Assembly: GCA_035440755.1 (NCBI GenBank)
Contig: DAORND010000008.1
Span: 1,796-65,795 of the forward strand
Direction of reading: 5' to 3'
From: Aquimonas sp.
GTDB lineage: Bacteria; Pseudomonadota; Gammaproteobacteria; Xanthomonadales; Xanthomonadaceae
DNA length: 64,000 bases
In this document: piece by piece, positions 37,195 to 47,061 of the stretch
Position numbering within the stretch: the stretch's first letter is position 1
Layout of the letters: each line of letters starts with the position of its first letter
Made by a program: the position numbers and the translations under genes
The notes under the pieces: generated by a model
The model's database searches: none
The model's input: only the letters and a program-made list of their open reading frames with translations
Told to the model about the DNA's origin: nothing

Positions 37195-37249
37195 CAAGAT
37201 CAAGCCCTGACTTGATTCTTTCGGAGATGGCCCAGTCAGGCCATAAAAT

Positions 37250-38404
37250 CTAGAACTGAACCGTCCAGTTCAGCTCAACCTCAAGCTGACGACCTGGCTG
37301 GTAGCTGCGGCCATAAGGCGACACGCCAAGGAAGTACTGCGAGGGCGCATAGCTCGCGCCGAATGCAAACTGACCGAACTGATCAAAGGAACGACGGTAT
37401 GACGCCGCCAAATTGAGATCGGTGTAGTCCTCAGCCAACGCGAGATCAAGCAGTTGTGACGTTGGCGACGGCTGCTGGCGTGTGGTGTAGCGCAGCGACC
37501 ACTGTCCGTCTGTGCCGTCACGAAGCGTCCCTTCCAAGGCAAATACGGTGAGGTCCTGCCAAGCGAAATTGGGCGACGAACTATCACCCAGCAGCGCGAG
37601 GAAGCGCGCGGGCAGGGCACCAGAGGTAAACGCTTGCACGTCGCTATAGAAAACGCGGTCGACGCTAGCGGATAACTGAAAAGAGGTGCCCGGAGTCCAC
37701 GCCATCTGAGCACTCACGCGCCCCGGGACATCGAAGTCGCCGGGTTCGGAGTACACGCCTCGGTAGGACTTGAAGGCATCCATATCGATCTGTGTTTGCG
37801 CATTCAGCGCCCAGCGCCAATCGGTCAATGCACTACCGGAGAAACCGACGTGCATGCCTTGTCCGCTGGAAACCTCGGACCCACCGTGGGGCAGTGCTGC
37901 CTGGCCTCTTGCGTCAAACGATGACTGGCCAAACCCGGCGGTGGCAAATCGTTGGTTCGAGATCACAACGCCAAGACTGGCATCGACCGAACCCGCAATC
38001 ATGGTGTTCAACGACGGTGCAAACTGACTCGCCTCAAAACGCGATGCAAGCAGGTGCCTGGAACTCGGCGACCATGCCTGCGGTGAGAACAACGAGGGCT
38101 GCGCAAACACGGAAGACGCGGCCACCGAAGCAAGACCGGCGGTGGGTTCGAATCGGCTTGATTCAACACTCAAAGCAAGTCTAAGGCCCGCAGTGTGCAG
38201 GTCCAGCGAGCGGAGCGCGCTTGGCGCTGTCATGGGGAGACCAGTGTCAGGACTTGAGACCCAACTGAAACTTGGCGTCAGGCTCTGCCGGGCGTAGGCC
38301 TTCCAGTTCACGGACGCAGCACCCGCAACATCGGCGCAACCAAGACTGACCACGATGGCCATGCTCAGCAGTGTCAATTTGTGAGGCCTTGAAAAGCTGT
38401 TCAA
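37250..38404 (-). CDS. Outer-membrane beta-barrel protein, FadL/OmpP1-like
   Basis: Signal-like N-terminus, amphipathic strands, GDFDVP, FAWQDLTV, C-terminal aromatic signature LNWTVQF. Start (TTG 38404) uncertain. Confidence 0.6.
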   Translation of the reverse strand: MNSFSRPHKLTLLSMAIVVSLGCADVAGAASVNWKAYARQSLTPSFSWVSSPDTGLPMTAPSALRSLDLHTAGLRLALSVESSRFEPTAGLASVAASSVFAQPSLFSPQAWSPSSRHLLASRFEASQFAPSLNTMIAGSVDASLGVVISNQRFATAGFGQSSFDARGQAALPHGGSEVSSGQGMHVGFSGSALTDWRWALNAQTQIDMDAFKSYRGVYSEPGDFDVPGRVSAQMAWTPGTSFQLSASVDRVFYSDVQAFTSGALPARFLALLGDSSSPNFAWQDLTVFALEGTLRDGTDGQWSLRYTTRQQPSPTSQLLDLALAEDYTDLNLAASYRRSFDQFGQFAFGASYAPSQYFLGVSPYGRSYQPGRQLEVELNWTVQF

Positions 38405-38657
38405 AATCGCATTCTCGCGCAAGAAGCGTTGGATGGATGAAGGCGGGAAGGGGCCAGAGCTACCGGAAGCACGAGCCAACCTCAGTCAGCACACCGTCAT
38501 TTGGCCAAAAAACAACAGTTGCGTCAAGGGGTGTGGTGTTTATGCAACGTTGGACTTTTGTCCACGTTTAGGCGTTGAGTCCATCCTGTGTGGACTTCGT
38601 TGCGGAAATGCGACAATCGCGCGGTGTTCTCGTCGTCTGATTGCAGTGCCCGCCACC

Positions 38658-39491
38658 ATGCCCAATGAACCCCCCCAGCAGAATCGATGTGCTTCAGTCC
38701 TGAGTATCGCTGGATCTGACTCCGGCGGTGGGGCAGGCTTGCAAGCGGATTTGAAGTCGTTCATGGCGATGGGTGTGCATGGGCTGACGGCGGTGGCAGC
38801 CCTCACAGCGCAAAACACACGTGCGGTCACTTCCGTATGGCTACCGCCGCCGGAGTTCCTTCGCGAGCAGATTCGCTGCCTTTTTGAGGACTTCGACGTG
38901 CGTGCGGTCAAGATTGGCATGCTCGCTGACGAGGTCCGAATCCGTGCGGTATTGGATGCACTTTCTGGTTGCCGCGTTCCTGTCGTACTTGATCCAGTCA
39001 TGATCGCCAGCAGCGGCGCGCGCCTGTTGGAGGATGCTGCGATCAATCGATTGCGCTCCGAGTTGCTGCCACGCGCGACCCTCTTGACGCCCAACGTGCC
39101 CGAGGCGGAGGTTTTGGTTGGATTCGGTTTGCGTCGAGTCGCGGATTTCCATCGTGCTGCCAGTGTGCTGCACGGCATGGGTGTGTCAGCGGTCCTGCTG
39201 AAAGGCGGGCATTCTGACGAAGGTGATTCTGTTTTGGATCGACTCTACGTCGACGGCAACATGCACGTTTTTCGGCATCCCAGGCTTGCCTTGTCGCCAC
39301 ACGGCACAGGTTGCAGCCTGTCCTCCGCCATTGCCGCTTGCATCGCCAAGGGGCAGGAGCTCGTTCAGGCCGTTGAAACAGGCATCGATTTCGTTCACGC
39401 CGCGCTGAGCCGTTCCTACCGACCGGGGCTTGGTCAGGTTTCCGTCCTCGATCATGCGGTCGGGTTGGAGCTAAGGATATCCAGCCGGTGA
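38658..39491 (+). CDS. thiD: Hydroxymethylpyrimidine/phosphomethylpyrimidine kinase
   Basis: SIAGSDSGGGAGLQADLK, TAQNT, KIGML, DPVM, TPNVPEAE, KGGH, HGTGCSLS. Confidence 0.97.
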   Translation: MPNEPPQQNRCASVLSIAGSDSGGGAGLQADLKSFMAMGVHGLTAVAALTAQNTRAVTSVWLPPPEFLREQIRCLFEDFDVRAVKIGMLADEVRIRAVLDALSGCRVPVVLDPVMIASSGARLLEDAAINRLRSELLPRATLLTPNVPEAEVLVGFGLRRVADFHRAASVLHGMGVSAVLLKGGHSDEGDSVLDRLYVDGNMHVFRHPRLALSPHGTGCSLSSAIAACIAKGQELVQAVETGIDFVHAALSRSYRPGLGQVSVLDHAVGLELRISSR

Positions 39492-39606
39492 ATCCCTTGT
39501 GGGCCGCGCTGATTCGTCGTCAAGCAAGGGAATGGCGCTCCCAGCTTAGGCAGAAGTCGACTGCTATGATCCGCAGTTGGCAACGTAGAGACGCGGGAGC
39601 TGGTGG

Positions 39607-39912
39607 ATGCAAACTTCATGTTTTGGGGCAATTTTGGGCGCGATTGTCGTGGGGTTGGTGTTTTCGGTCCCCTCCAACGCCGCCTCTCCTGTTGCTGAAT
39701 GGCATCCGCTCCCTCAGCGTGCGGGAAAGGCAGTGGCCAACAAGGATGCGCGCCCACTTCCCGTGAGGCGACCAGTGGAAATGAACACGCTCGCCGAGAT
39801 CGGTCCAGACGGTGCGTTGTTGACACGCTGCAGCGAGTTTACAGGCGTAGACTTCTCTCGCCGTGCTGAGAACTCGGAGCGCACAACGGTGCGTTCGGAG
39901 AAAACACAATGA
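39607..39912 (+). CDS. Small secreted protein translationally coupled to the downstream metallopeptidase
   Basis: GGAG RBS, hydrophobic signal peptide, motif MNTLAEIGPDGALLTRC, ATGA overlap with the next gene. Confidence 0.6.
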   Translation: MQTSCFGAILGAIVVGLVFSVPSNAASPVAEWHPLPQRAGKAVANKDARPLPVRRPVEMNTLAEIGPDGALLTRCSEFTGVDFSRRAENSERTTVRSEKTQ

Positions 39913-42236
39913 TCGGTTCATACCGTGGCATGGCATTGTTTCTTTCCGTGTTTGCGACCAGTGCTGTCGCGCAGCAGGCACCCGTGCTGTTGACGCCATC
40001 GACGCCGCTGCCCTTGCAGATGCCAGCGGCATCCGCCTCCACCAGTTTTGCTGTGGATGTACCCCAAGGTATACGCTCGATGCGTGTCGCATTGCTGGCG
40101 TCCAACATCAGTCAGGACGTTGACCTGCTTGTCCGTTACGAGCGCCCATTCGAGCTTCGTGCCGAAAGCGGTCTGGATAACAGCTTTCTGTTCGACCAAG
40201 CGCAGTACCGTTCCGTATCTGTGGCCGGTGACGAGTTCGTGGTCATTACGGATCGAAATCCGATCGCCCTGAAGCCTGGGCGTTGGTATATCGCCTTGGT
40301 CAACTACCACAATGGACCTGTTTCGGCGCAATTGACGGCCACGTTTGAGACCCAGTTGCCGACCGCTCCGATCACCATGGTATTCGATGATCCGGGCGAC
40401 GCCAGCGATCCCTGTGACATCAGCGGTTGGAACGATTCGACGACCAAGACACCAGTGCGAGGCAATTCCGGCACGACTTTGGGTGCGCAACGTCGACTTG
40501 CAGCCCAGGAGGCGGCGAGACTGCTGACCGAGCAGTTGCAACCGCGCGTGCCAGTTCGCGTGCGCGCCTGCTGGAAGAACCTGGGTGAGGGCAATAGTCT
40601 CACGCTAGCTCAGGCCGGTCCAAACTACTTCTTTGTTGACGACCCCGGCGTGTGGGCACACATGCCGGGTTTGGAGCGTGGCTATACCTGGTATGCATCG
40701 GCGTCAGCGGCGCAGCAGGCAGGCACTACGCAATGTCGACTTGCAGGAGGAATGAGTTGCGCCACTGCTTACGAAGTGGATGCCACATTCAACACGACGG
40801 TTGACGGACCGACTGGCTTGGGAACGCGCGGTTTCGACTACGGATTCACGCAAACGGGGGCACTCAACGATCCCAGTTTCGTGACGGTCGCGATGCACGA
40901 GATTGCCCATGGATTGGGGTTCGTTGGCTTGATCAATACCGGGTTCCGTACGGATCAGCCGCTGGGATCGAAGATCCGGTTGCTCAGCAGCGGACCGCTG
41001 TACGACGATGCCTACGGTGCAAACACGGTGTGGGCGACGCCGGAAGGCGGAAGCACGGGACTGCCGTTTCTCGCCATTACCGACGAACAACGGGTGACCG
41101 CGCTGACGTCGCTTGTCAATCTTCGATTTTCAGGCGAGAACGCAGTTGCGGAGGCGGCCCTAGCGAGCAACTTTGGCAGCGCGCCGGCCCCCGACAATTT
41201 CCTGTGGCTCTATGCACCGAGCCCTATCGAGGGTGGTTCGTCCTACTCGCACGTTGGCAATAGCCGATACACCTTGCAACCACAGATGATGCTGCCGGGC
41301 ATCATCGCCAGCGGTCCGCGTGATCTCGGTATCGGCAAAGGTGTTCTGAAGGATGTCGGTTGGCGAAATGACGCGAGCCGCACCCGCGTGTTCAGTGATG
41401 TGCCCAGCTTTGCCTACTACGACCCGTCGCGAAATGGACATGGCATCGATTTTCGTCGAATTTCCGCCGCGTTGAGTGGGGTGGATAGTGAGTACTTTCT
41501 CGGTTTCTACACCTACGACGCGCAGGGTAAGCCCGAGTGGTACATAGCGGCTGGGCCAGTGATTGACGGGGTCTTTGTGCCCAAGCGCTCCGCCAACGGA
41601 GACAGCCTGCTTCGGATGGTTTTTACCCCTTCCGGCGCATCACAGGAGGATGCCGATCCGAGTTACAACGGACAGGTTCGAGTCGACTTCAACGACGCAC
41701 GCGTCCATCCCGCCTGTGCGGATGGCAACGCGGCCAGGCGGCTGGATGGTCCTCTCGCGGTCATGAGCTATGTGATCAATGGCGAATCGGCGCAGTGGTG
41801 CATGCAGCCCGTCGTGATCCCCACCCAGGTGCAGGTCGACATGAGCAGCACTTGGGCTGATCCTGGTGAAGCAGGGTGGGGACTCGTGATCCAGAGTTTC
41901 GATGGTGTCGGTGGCGATGGCTTGTTTTCGATCCTGTTCTATCCCGACGGCAACGGTCGGCCACGCTGGGGCATCGCGCAGTCGCTTGCGTTTGCGCGCG
42001 GCCAGACGGTCGACGTCATGCAAGTCAATGGGTATTGCCGAAGCTGTCCGATGCCAGCCGAACAGACCATGTTCAAGATCGGCAGCATGACCTTGGACCT
42101 GATCGGGGGGGGCGCGGGTGTTCAGGGTAGCCGCGTCAGCGTGGATGTCGGCTTTGAAAACGGCAACACGGGGCGCTTCATTCGCACCGGCGCTGGGATC
42201 CTGCCTTATAGCGATCCGACCCTGGGCGGAGACTGA
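39909..42236 (+). CDS. Secreted zinc metallopeptidase (zincin): PPC-like domain + catalytic domain + two C-terminal beta-repeat domains
   Basis: Signal peptide, DVDLLVRY (PPC), GNSGTTLGAQR, VAMHEIAHGLGF, LYAPSPIEGGSSYSH, repeats YYDPSRNGHG / WADPGEAGWG. Confidence 0.8.
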   Translation: MIGSYRGMALFLSVFATSAVAQQAPVLLTPSTPLPLQMPAASASTSFAVDVPQGIRSMRVALLASNISQDVDLLVRYERPFELRAESGLDNSFLFDQAQYRSVSVAGDEFVVITDRNPIALKPGRWYIALVNYHNGPVSAQLTATFETQLPTAPITMVFDDPGDASDPCDISGWNDSTTKTPVRGNSGTTLGAQRRLAAQEAARLLTEQLQPRVPVRVRACWKNLGEGNSLTLAQAGPNYFFVDDPGVWAHMPGLERGYTWYASASAAQQAGTTQCRLAGGMSCATAYEVDATFNTTVDGPTGLGTRGFDYGFTQTGALNDPSFVTVAMHEIAHGLGFVGLINTGFRTDQPLGSKIRLLSSGPLYDDAYGANTVWATPEGGSTGLPFLAITDEQRVTALTSLVNLRFSGENAVAEAALASNFGSAPAPDNFLWLYAPSPIEGGSSYSHVGNSRYTLQPQMMLPGIIASGPRDLGIGKGVLKDVGWRNDASRTRVFSDVPSFAYYDPSRNGHGIDFRRISAALSGVDSEYFLGFYTYDAQGKPEWYIAAGPVIDGVFVPKRSANGDSLLRMVFTPSGASQEDADPSYNGQVRVDFNDARVHPACADGNAARRLDGPLAVMSYVINGESAQWCMQPVVIPTQVQVDMSSTWADPGEAGWGLVIQSFDGVGGDGLFSILFYPDGNGRPRWGIAQSLAFARGQTVDVMQVNGYCRSCPMPAEQTMFKIGSMTLDLIGGGAGVQGSRVSVDVGFENGNTGRFIRTGAGILPYSDPTLGGD

Positions 42237-42256
42237 TTGCCAGCGTTGGTTATCAG

Positions 42257-42282
42257 GCAGGCTGCCCTATCAGGCAGCCTGC
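42257..42282. terminator. Hairpin between convergent genes
   Basis: GCAGGCTGCC-CTATCA-GGCAGCCTGC perfect 10-bp stem, no U tract. Confidence 0.5.
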
Positions 42283-42356
42283 AGTTGTGGAAGTCTTGAA
42301 CACGCCGGCCTTGCAAGGTCGACGAGGATGATCCGGCGCTTCGTTGAGTCACGGTC

Positions 42357-43757
42357 TCAAAGGCTTTCCGAGGCAAAGTCGGCCAAGCGGGAGCGTTCTC
42401 CGCGGCGTAGGGTGATGTGCGCGCTGTGCGCCCAATGCTGGAAGCGGTCCACGGCGTAGGTCAGACCGGAGGTCGTTTCAGTCAGGTAAGGCGTATCGAT
42501 CTGCTCAACGTTGCCGAGACAGATCATCTTGGTGCCAGGGCCCGCGCGAGTCAGCAGGGTCTTCATTTGTTTCGGTGTGAGGTTTTGTGCTTCATCGATG
42601 ATGACGTAGCGTCCGAGGAAGGTCCGACCACGCATGAAGTTCATCGAGCGGATCTTGATCCGTGAGGCCAGCAGTTCGTTGGTCGCTGCACGGCCCCACG
42701 CACCACCTTCCTGTGGTGAGGTCAGTACCTCAAGGTTGTCGGTCAGGGCGCCCATCCATGGCGTCATCTTTTCTTCTTCCGTTCCTGGCAGGAATCCGAT
42801 GTCTTCGCCAACCGACACCGTGGCACGAGTCATGATGATCTCGCGGTAGCGTTGCTGATCCAGTGTCTGAGTGAGACCTGCGGCCAATGCCAGTAAGGTC
42901 TTTCCGGTACCTGCGGTACCCAGCAAGGTAACGAAGTCGATGTCCGGATCCATCAGCGCGTTGAGCGCGAAGTTCTGTTCGCGATTGCGAGCGGCGACAC
43001 CCCACACCTGATGGCTGTTGCTGCGGTAGTTGTTGACCATCTGCAGGATGCAGCGCTCACCGTTGCATTCGATCACGCGCAGTTCAACTTGATCATCACC
43101 AGGCAGGTAAAGAAACTCGTTGGGTCGCCACTCTTCGCCTTCCATTGGGCGGATTTCGTAGCGCGTATGGCCACGCTCGATCCACGAGCGCAGATCGCCC
43201 TCGTGACGGTCCCAGAAGTCTTCGGCTAGCTCACGCGTTCCGCTGTAGAGCAGGTTGAAGTCATCCAGGGCGCGATCATTCTCGTAGTCCTCCGCCGGAA
43301 TGCCGGCAATACTCGCCTTGATGCGCATGTTGATGTCTTTCGACACCAGCACGATCTCTGCTTTGGGTAGCTGTTTGCGTAGACCGATAATGGACAGCAG
43401 GATCTGGTTGTCGCCGCCACCTTCACGTTTTGCGCGCGCCGCATTGTCACCGTCAGTCTGAAAAAACAACTGACCGATTTCTCCGCTGCCGCGCAAGTTC
43501 AGCGACTGAGGGCGTAAAAGGCGCAGACCCTGATGGATGTCCCTGCCGTCATGCGCTTCGATCAGCTCATTGATGAAGCGACTGACCTGTCGTGCGTTTC
43601 GAGCGGCCTCAGTCGCGCCTTTCTTGCCGGAATCGAGCTCTTCGAGCACCGTCATCGGCAGGTAGATGTCGTGCTCTTCAAACTTGAACAGCGCTGTCGG
43701 GTCGTGCATCAGCACGTTGGTGTCCAGCACGTAGATCCGCTTGCCGTGAGTCATCAT
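42357..43757 (-). CDS. PhoH-family protein (PIN + PhoH ATPase, PhoH2-like)
   Basis: YVLDTNVLMHD PIN domain, ARNREQ, GTAGTGKT, RGRT, IIDEAQN, GNVEQID. Confidence 0.95.
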   Translation of the reverse strand: MMTHGKRIYVLDTNVLMHDPTALFKFEEHDIYLPMTVLEELDSGKKGATEAARNARQVSRFINELIEAHDGRDIHQGLRLLRPQSLNLRGSGEIGQLFFQTDGDNAARAKREGGGDNQILLSIIGLRKQLPKAEIVLVSKDINMRIKASIAGIPAEDYENDRALDDFNLLYSGTRELAEDFWDRHEGDLRSWIERGHTRYEIRPMEGEEWRPNEFLYLPGDDQVELRVIECNGERCILQMVNNYRSNSHQVWGVAARNREQNFALNALMDPDIDFVTLLGTAGTGKTLLALAAGLTQTLDQQRYREIIMTRATVSVGEDIGFLPGTEEEKMTPWMGALTDNLEVLTSPQEGGAWGRAATNELLASRIKIRSMNFMRGRTFLGRYVIIDEAQNLTPKQMKTLLTRAGPGTKMICLGNVEQIDTPYLTETTSGLTYAVDRFQHWAHSAHITLRRGERSRLADFASESL

Positions 43758-43782
43758 CGAAAGGCTCCACTCCGTGGGGAAG

Positions 43783-44256
43783 TCAGGCGTTCAACTGGCG
43801 AAGCTGCCGCAGGGTGCTTAGCACTTCCGAAGCGTGCCCCTTGACCTTGACAGCACTCCACTGGGCACGACAAACGCCGTTAGGGTCGAAAAGGAAAGTG
43901 CTGCGAACGAGGCCCATGTAGCGTCTGCCATAAAGCACCTTTTCCTGGATCAGGTCGAGATGTTGGCAGAGGGCCTCATCTGTATCGCTGATCAAGGGAA
44001 ACGGTAATTGTTGATTGCTGCGGAAACGGCTGTGCGAGGCGACCGAGTCGCGCGACAGACCCATGACGTCGGTGTCTTCCGCTGCGAACTCCGTGAAGAG
44101 TTCGCGAAACGCGATGGCCTCTTGCGTACAGCCGGGGGTACTGTCCTTGGGGTACGCGTACAGGACCAGCCAGCGCCCATTGCGCACGGAAAGGTCAACG
44201 TCGGAACCATCGTCCAAGCGAAAGCGCCCCTCGGGCAGGCCGATGACTTTGGTCAT
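43783..44256 (-). CDS. bcp: Thioredoxin-dependent peroxiredoxin Bcp
   Basis: YAYPKDSTPGCTQEA, SRDS..SH..F, VRSTFL. Confidence 0.94.
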   Translation of the reverse strand: MTKVIGLPEGRFRLDDGSDVDLSVRNGRWLVLYAYPKDSTPGCTQEAIAFRELFTEFAAEDTDVMGLSRDSVASHSRFRSNQQLPFPLISDTDEALCQHLDLIQEKVLYGRRYMGLVRSTFLFDPNGVCRAQWSAVKVKGHASEVLSTLRQLRQLNA

Positions 44257-44257
44257 G

Positions 44258-44818
44258 TCAGAACTTCATGGGATCAAGGATGGCGTCGAGATTCAGGTGG
44301 TCACAAAACTCGAGGAAGTCGTCGCGGAGCGCGGCGATGTGCATGTTCGACGGGATGCCCACCGTCAGTTGCGCTGAGAACATGTCTGCGCCCGTCTGCA
44401 TGGCACGATATCGCGTGCTGTGCAGGGTCTCGATGGTGATGCCCTGACGGTCGAAAAAGTCGGCCAACTGGTAGAGAATTCCCGCCTTGTCGGCCGCGAC
44501 CACCTCAACAATGTAAGGCAGAAGATTGCTCTGCAAGGGCTTGGGGCTGGTGCGATACCAGACAATTCGCATCCCTTCGTCGCGCTCCAGTCTCCCCAAC
44601 GCAGACTCCAACTTCGCTACCGCATCCCAAGACCCGACTGCCAATGCCAGAACCGAGACGTCCCTGCCAACGGTGGAAAGTCTGGCGTCGATCAGATTGC
44701 AGCCGCTATCGGAAATGCGTCGGGACACAGCCAGCAGAGGTGATTCGGGATGCACGGAGAACGCGTTGATCAGAAGGTGGTTCTCGTTCGCTTGTGGTCG
44801 TGGTGACAAATCGCTCAA
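44258..44818 (-). CDS. gcvR: Glycine cleavage system transcriptional repressor (tandem ACT)
   Basis: GCNLIDARL, GSWDAVAKLE, PYIVEVVAADKAGIL, LRDDFLEFCD.LNLDA; position between dapA and bcp. Confidence 0.9.
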   Translation of the reverse strand: MSDLSPRPQANENHLLINAFSVHPESPLLAVSRRISDSGCNLIDARLSTVGRDVSVLALAVGSWDAVAKLESALGRLERDEGMRIVWYRTSPKPLQSNLLPYIVEVVAADKAGILYQLADFFDRQGITIETLHSTRYRAMQTGADMFSAQLTVGIPSNMHIAALRDDFLEFCDHLNLDAILDPMKF

Positions 44819-45209
44819 GGCGCAGCTCTCGTTGATCGTTTACAGGGGGCCACTGTAACTGCTGCGCGTTGCGGCGCGAAGGGATTCCAACCAATCCGTG
44901 TCAACATGCGCTTTTCTGAACGCCAACCTTGACGGCATTTCGATGTGAACGGTCGCGTGTTGGCGGATCACATCGTGGACGCAGTTACTTTTGTTGATTG
45001 GTTTCAGCAGCTTGTGCCGCAAGGCCCACCGCCTTCGCCCGGTGCGCCTAGGTGGCACAGGAACCGCTTGATTGCCGCCGATCTTGCTGTGCAGTCTGCT
45101 GGGTTCTACCATTCCGGGTCGCCGTGTACCCGCTTCATTTGTGGGGTTCTGCATGGCTTCTTGCGGCTTGCCGACCTGTGCTTTGCGCCACTTGCATGAG
45201 GATTGTCCA

Positions 45210-46124
45210 TTGCGTCTCATTGGAAGCTACACCGCACTGGCGACGCCGTTTGACGAACAGTCCCAGTTGGATATCGATGCCTGGGTCAGGATGGTTGAGG
45301 CGCAGCGCTCGGGCGGTTCGGCGGGCATCGTCGTTGGGGGGTCAACGGGCGAGGGCCAGGCGCTGGAGGAGGCCGAGCTTGCGCAGTTGTTGAGCGTTGC
45401 ATTGTGCTATTCGGGCAATATGACGGTCATCGCTGGAACTGGACACTCAAGTACCCGCAAGACCATTCTGCAAACCCAGTTTGCCCGTCAACATGGTGCG
45501 CAAGCTGCTCTGGTGGTCACACCACCCTATGTTCGCCCTACCCAGGAAGGGCTGTATCGTCACTACATAGAAGTTGCCGAGCGCGGTGGGTTGCCGGTGA
45601 TTCTGTATAACGTGCCCGCGAGAACAGGTTGTGACTTGCAGCCGTCTACCGTGGCGAGGCTTGCAGAGGTCGAGTCCATTGTGGGCATCAAAGAGGCCAA
45701 TGTCGCGGAGGAGAGGCTGTCCGCTTTGCTTCCGATGGTGTCTTCCCGCTTCTCGCTGTTGAGTGGCGACGACGCAACCGCAGCTCAGTCTATTCTGGCG
45801 GGTGCGCAAGGGGTCGTCTCGGTGGCGTCCAACATCCTGCCCGCAACGTTCAGGCGACTCTGTGATCATGCATTGGCGGGAAATGCCGATCTGGTTGCGG
45901 CGCGGATGAACGCATTGATGCCTCTGTTGTCGTTTCTTGGCGTGGAGTCAAATCCCATTCCTCTCAAGGCCTTGTTGGCATCCAAGGGACTCGGGAGTGA
46001 TGTGCCACGTTTACCGCTGACGAAGTTGTCCGCGGAGCATCGTCTGACGATGGAAGCTATGCTGCCGACACTGGTTGCACTGGAATTTTCCGCGGCTGCT
46101 GAGCTGGCGGCCTTGTCTGTTTGA
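45210..46124 (+). CDS. dapA: 4-hydroxy-tetrahydrodipicolinate synthase
   Basis: TALATPF, GSTGEG, VTPPYVRP, YNVPARTG, GIKEA, SNPIPLK; TTG start after GAGGA. Confidence 0.96.
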   Translation: MRLIGSYTALATPFDEQSQLDIDAWVRMVEAQRSGGSAGIVVGGSTGEGQALEEAELAQLLSVALCYSGNMTVIAGTGHSSTRKTILQTQFARQHGAQAALVVTPPYVRPTQEGLYRHYIEVAERGGLPVILYNVPARTGCDLQPSTVARLAEVESIVGIKEANVAEERLSALLPMVSSRFSLLSGDDATAAQSILAGAQGVVSVASNILPATFRRLCDHALAGNADLVAARMNALMPLLSFLGVESNPIPLKALLASKGLGSDVPRLPLTKLSAEHRLTMEAMLPTLVALEFSAAAELAALSV

Positions 46125-46153
46125 ATGTGATGGTCCGAAGGGCCAGGGAGAAG

Positions 46154-46657
46154 ATGATGATGATCTGTTTGCCAACAAGTCGCCGTTGGATCGGTTGTGC
46201 GGCGCTTGCGGCTATGGTTGGTCTGAGCTCAGGGTGTTCATGGTTTCGTGGCGCCTCAGGCTATGAGCAAAGTCCTGAGCATCGTCCTCTGGAGATTCCA
46301 CCGGACCTGGATCAGCCCAATACGACGTCCGCGATGCGTGTGCCGTCTTTGTCTTCCAGTGCGTCTTCGGCACCTGCAGCGGTCGCCTCGACAGGATTCG
46401 TTGTTGCCGATCAGGCGGCTAGCACATGGCGGCGCGTGGGTCTCGCGCTTGAGCGCATCGACGGTGTCCAGATCAAAGAACGTGCAGAATTGATCGGCGC
46501 TTACACCGTGGTGGTCGGGGCGCAGCAGTTTCTGGTGCGCGTCAGTGAGGACCCGGCAGGCAGTCGTGTTTCCGCTTCTGATGCGGCGTCTCAACCTGCG
46601 AACTCAAGCGAAGCGTCGCGCGTTCTCGGTGAGCTCAAATCCCGCTTGGGCGGTTGA
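46154..46657 (+). CDS. Outer-membrane lipoprotein, short BamC/NlpB-like
   Basis: Lipobox LSSGC, RPLEIPPDLDQP motif, directly downstream of dapA. Confidence 0.72.
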   Translation: MMMICLPTSRRWIGCAALAAMVGLSSGCSWFRGASGYEQSPEHRPLEIPPDLDQPNTTSAMRVPSLSSSASSAPAAVASTGFVVADQAASTWRRVGLALERIDGVQIKERAELIGAYTVVVGAQQFLVRVSEDPAGSRVSASDAASQPANSSEASRVLGELKSRLGG

Positions 46658-46702
46658 GTCGTCTGCTCATCACAACAGCGATCTGCGGAAGCGGATCGCT
46701 GT

Positions 46703-47026
46703 TCAGCGCTGAAGATGAGGAAGTTTGCCGCTAACGCCGTCCCACTCAGCCGCATCGGGTAGCGGTTCTTTGCGGATGGTAATCACCGGCCACTGTCGGC
46801 TGAGTTCTGCGTTGAGCTGGGTGAAGTGTTCTTGCCCAGCAGGTACATCATCCACCGGGAAGATGGCCTTCGCGGGACACTCCGGCTCGCATAGCGTGCA
46901 ATCGATGCACTCATCGGGGTCAATTACCAGAAAGTTCGGTCCTTCATGGAAGCAGTCGACCGGACAGACTTCGACGCAATCGGTGTACTTGCAGCGGATA
47001 CAGTTTTCGGTGACGACAAAGGCCAT
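46703..47026 (-). CDS. fdxA: 7Fe ferredoxin
   Basis: [35 protein letters not shown]. Confidence 0.95.
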   Translation of the reverse strand: MAFVVTENCIRCKYTDCVEVCPVDCFHEGPNFLVIDPDECIDCTLCEPECPAKAIFPVDDVPAGQEHFTQLNAELSRQWPVITIRKEPLPDAAEWDGVSGKLPHLQR

Positions 47027-47061
47027 GGCGGATAAGCTGAAGGCGAGAAAGCAGGGGAAAA

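Noticed and set aside
38405-38657. TPP riboswitch upstream of thiD
   Set aside because: No recognisable TPP aptamer signature (GCTGAGA / CCCT..GAACCTG) on the + strand.
44945-45199. 84-aa ORF upstream of dapA as a real gene
   Set aside because: GTG start without clear RBS, no recognisable motif, and it overlaps the expected dapA/gcvR promoter space.
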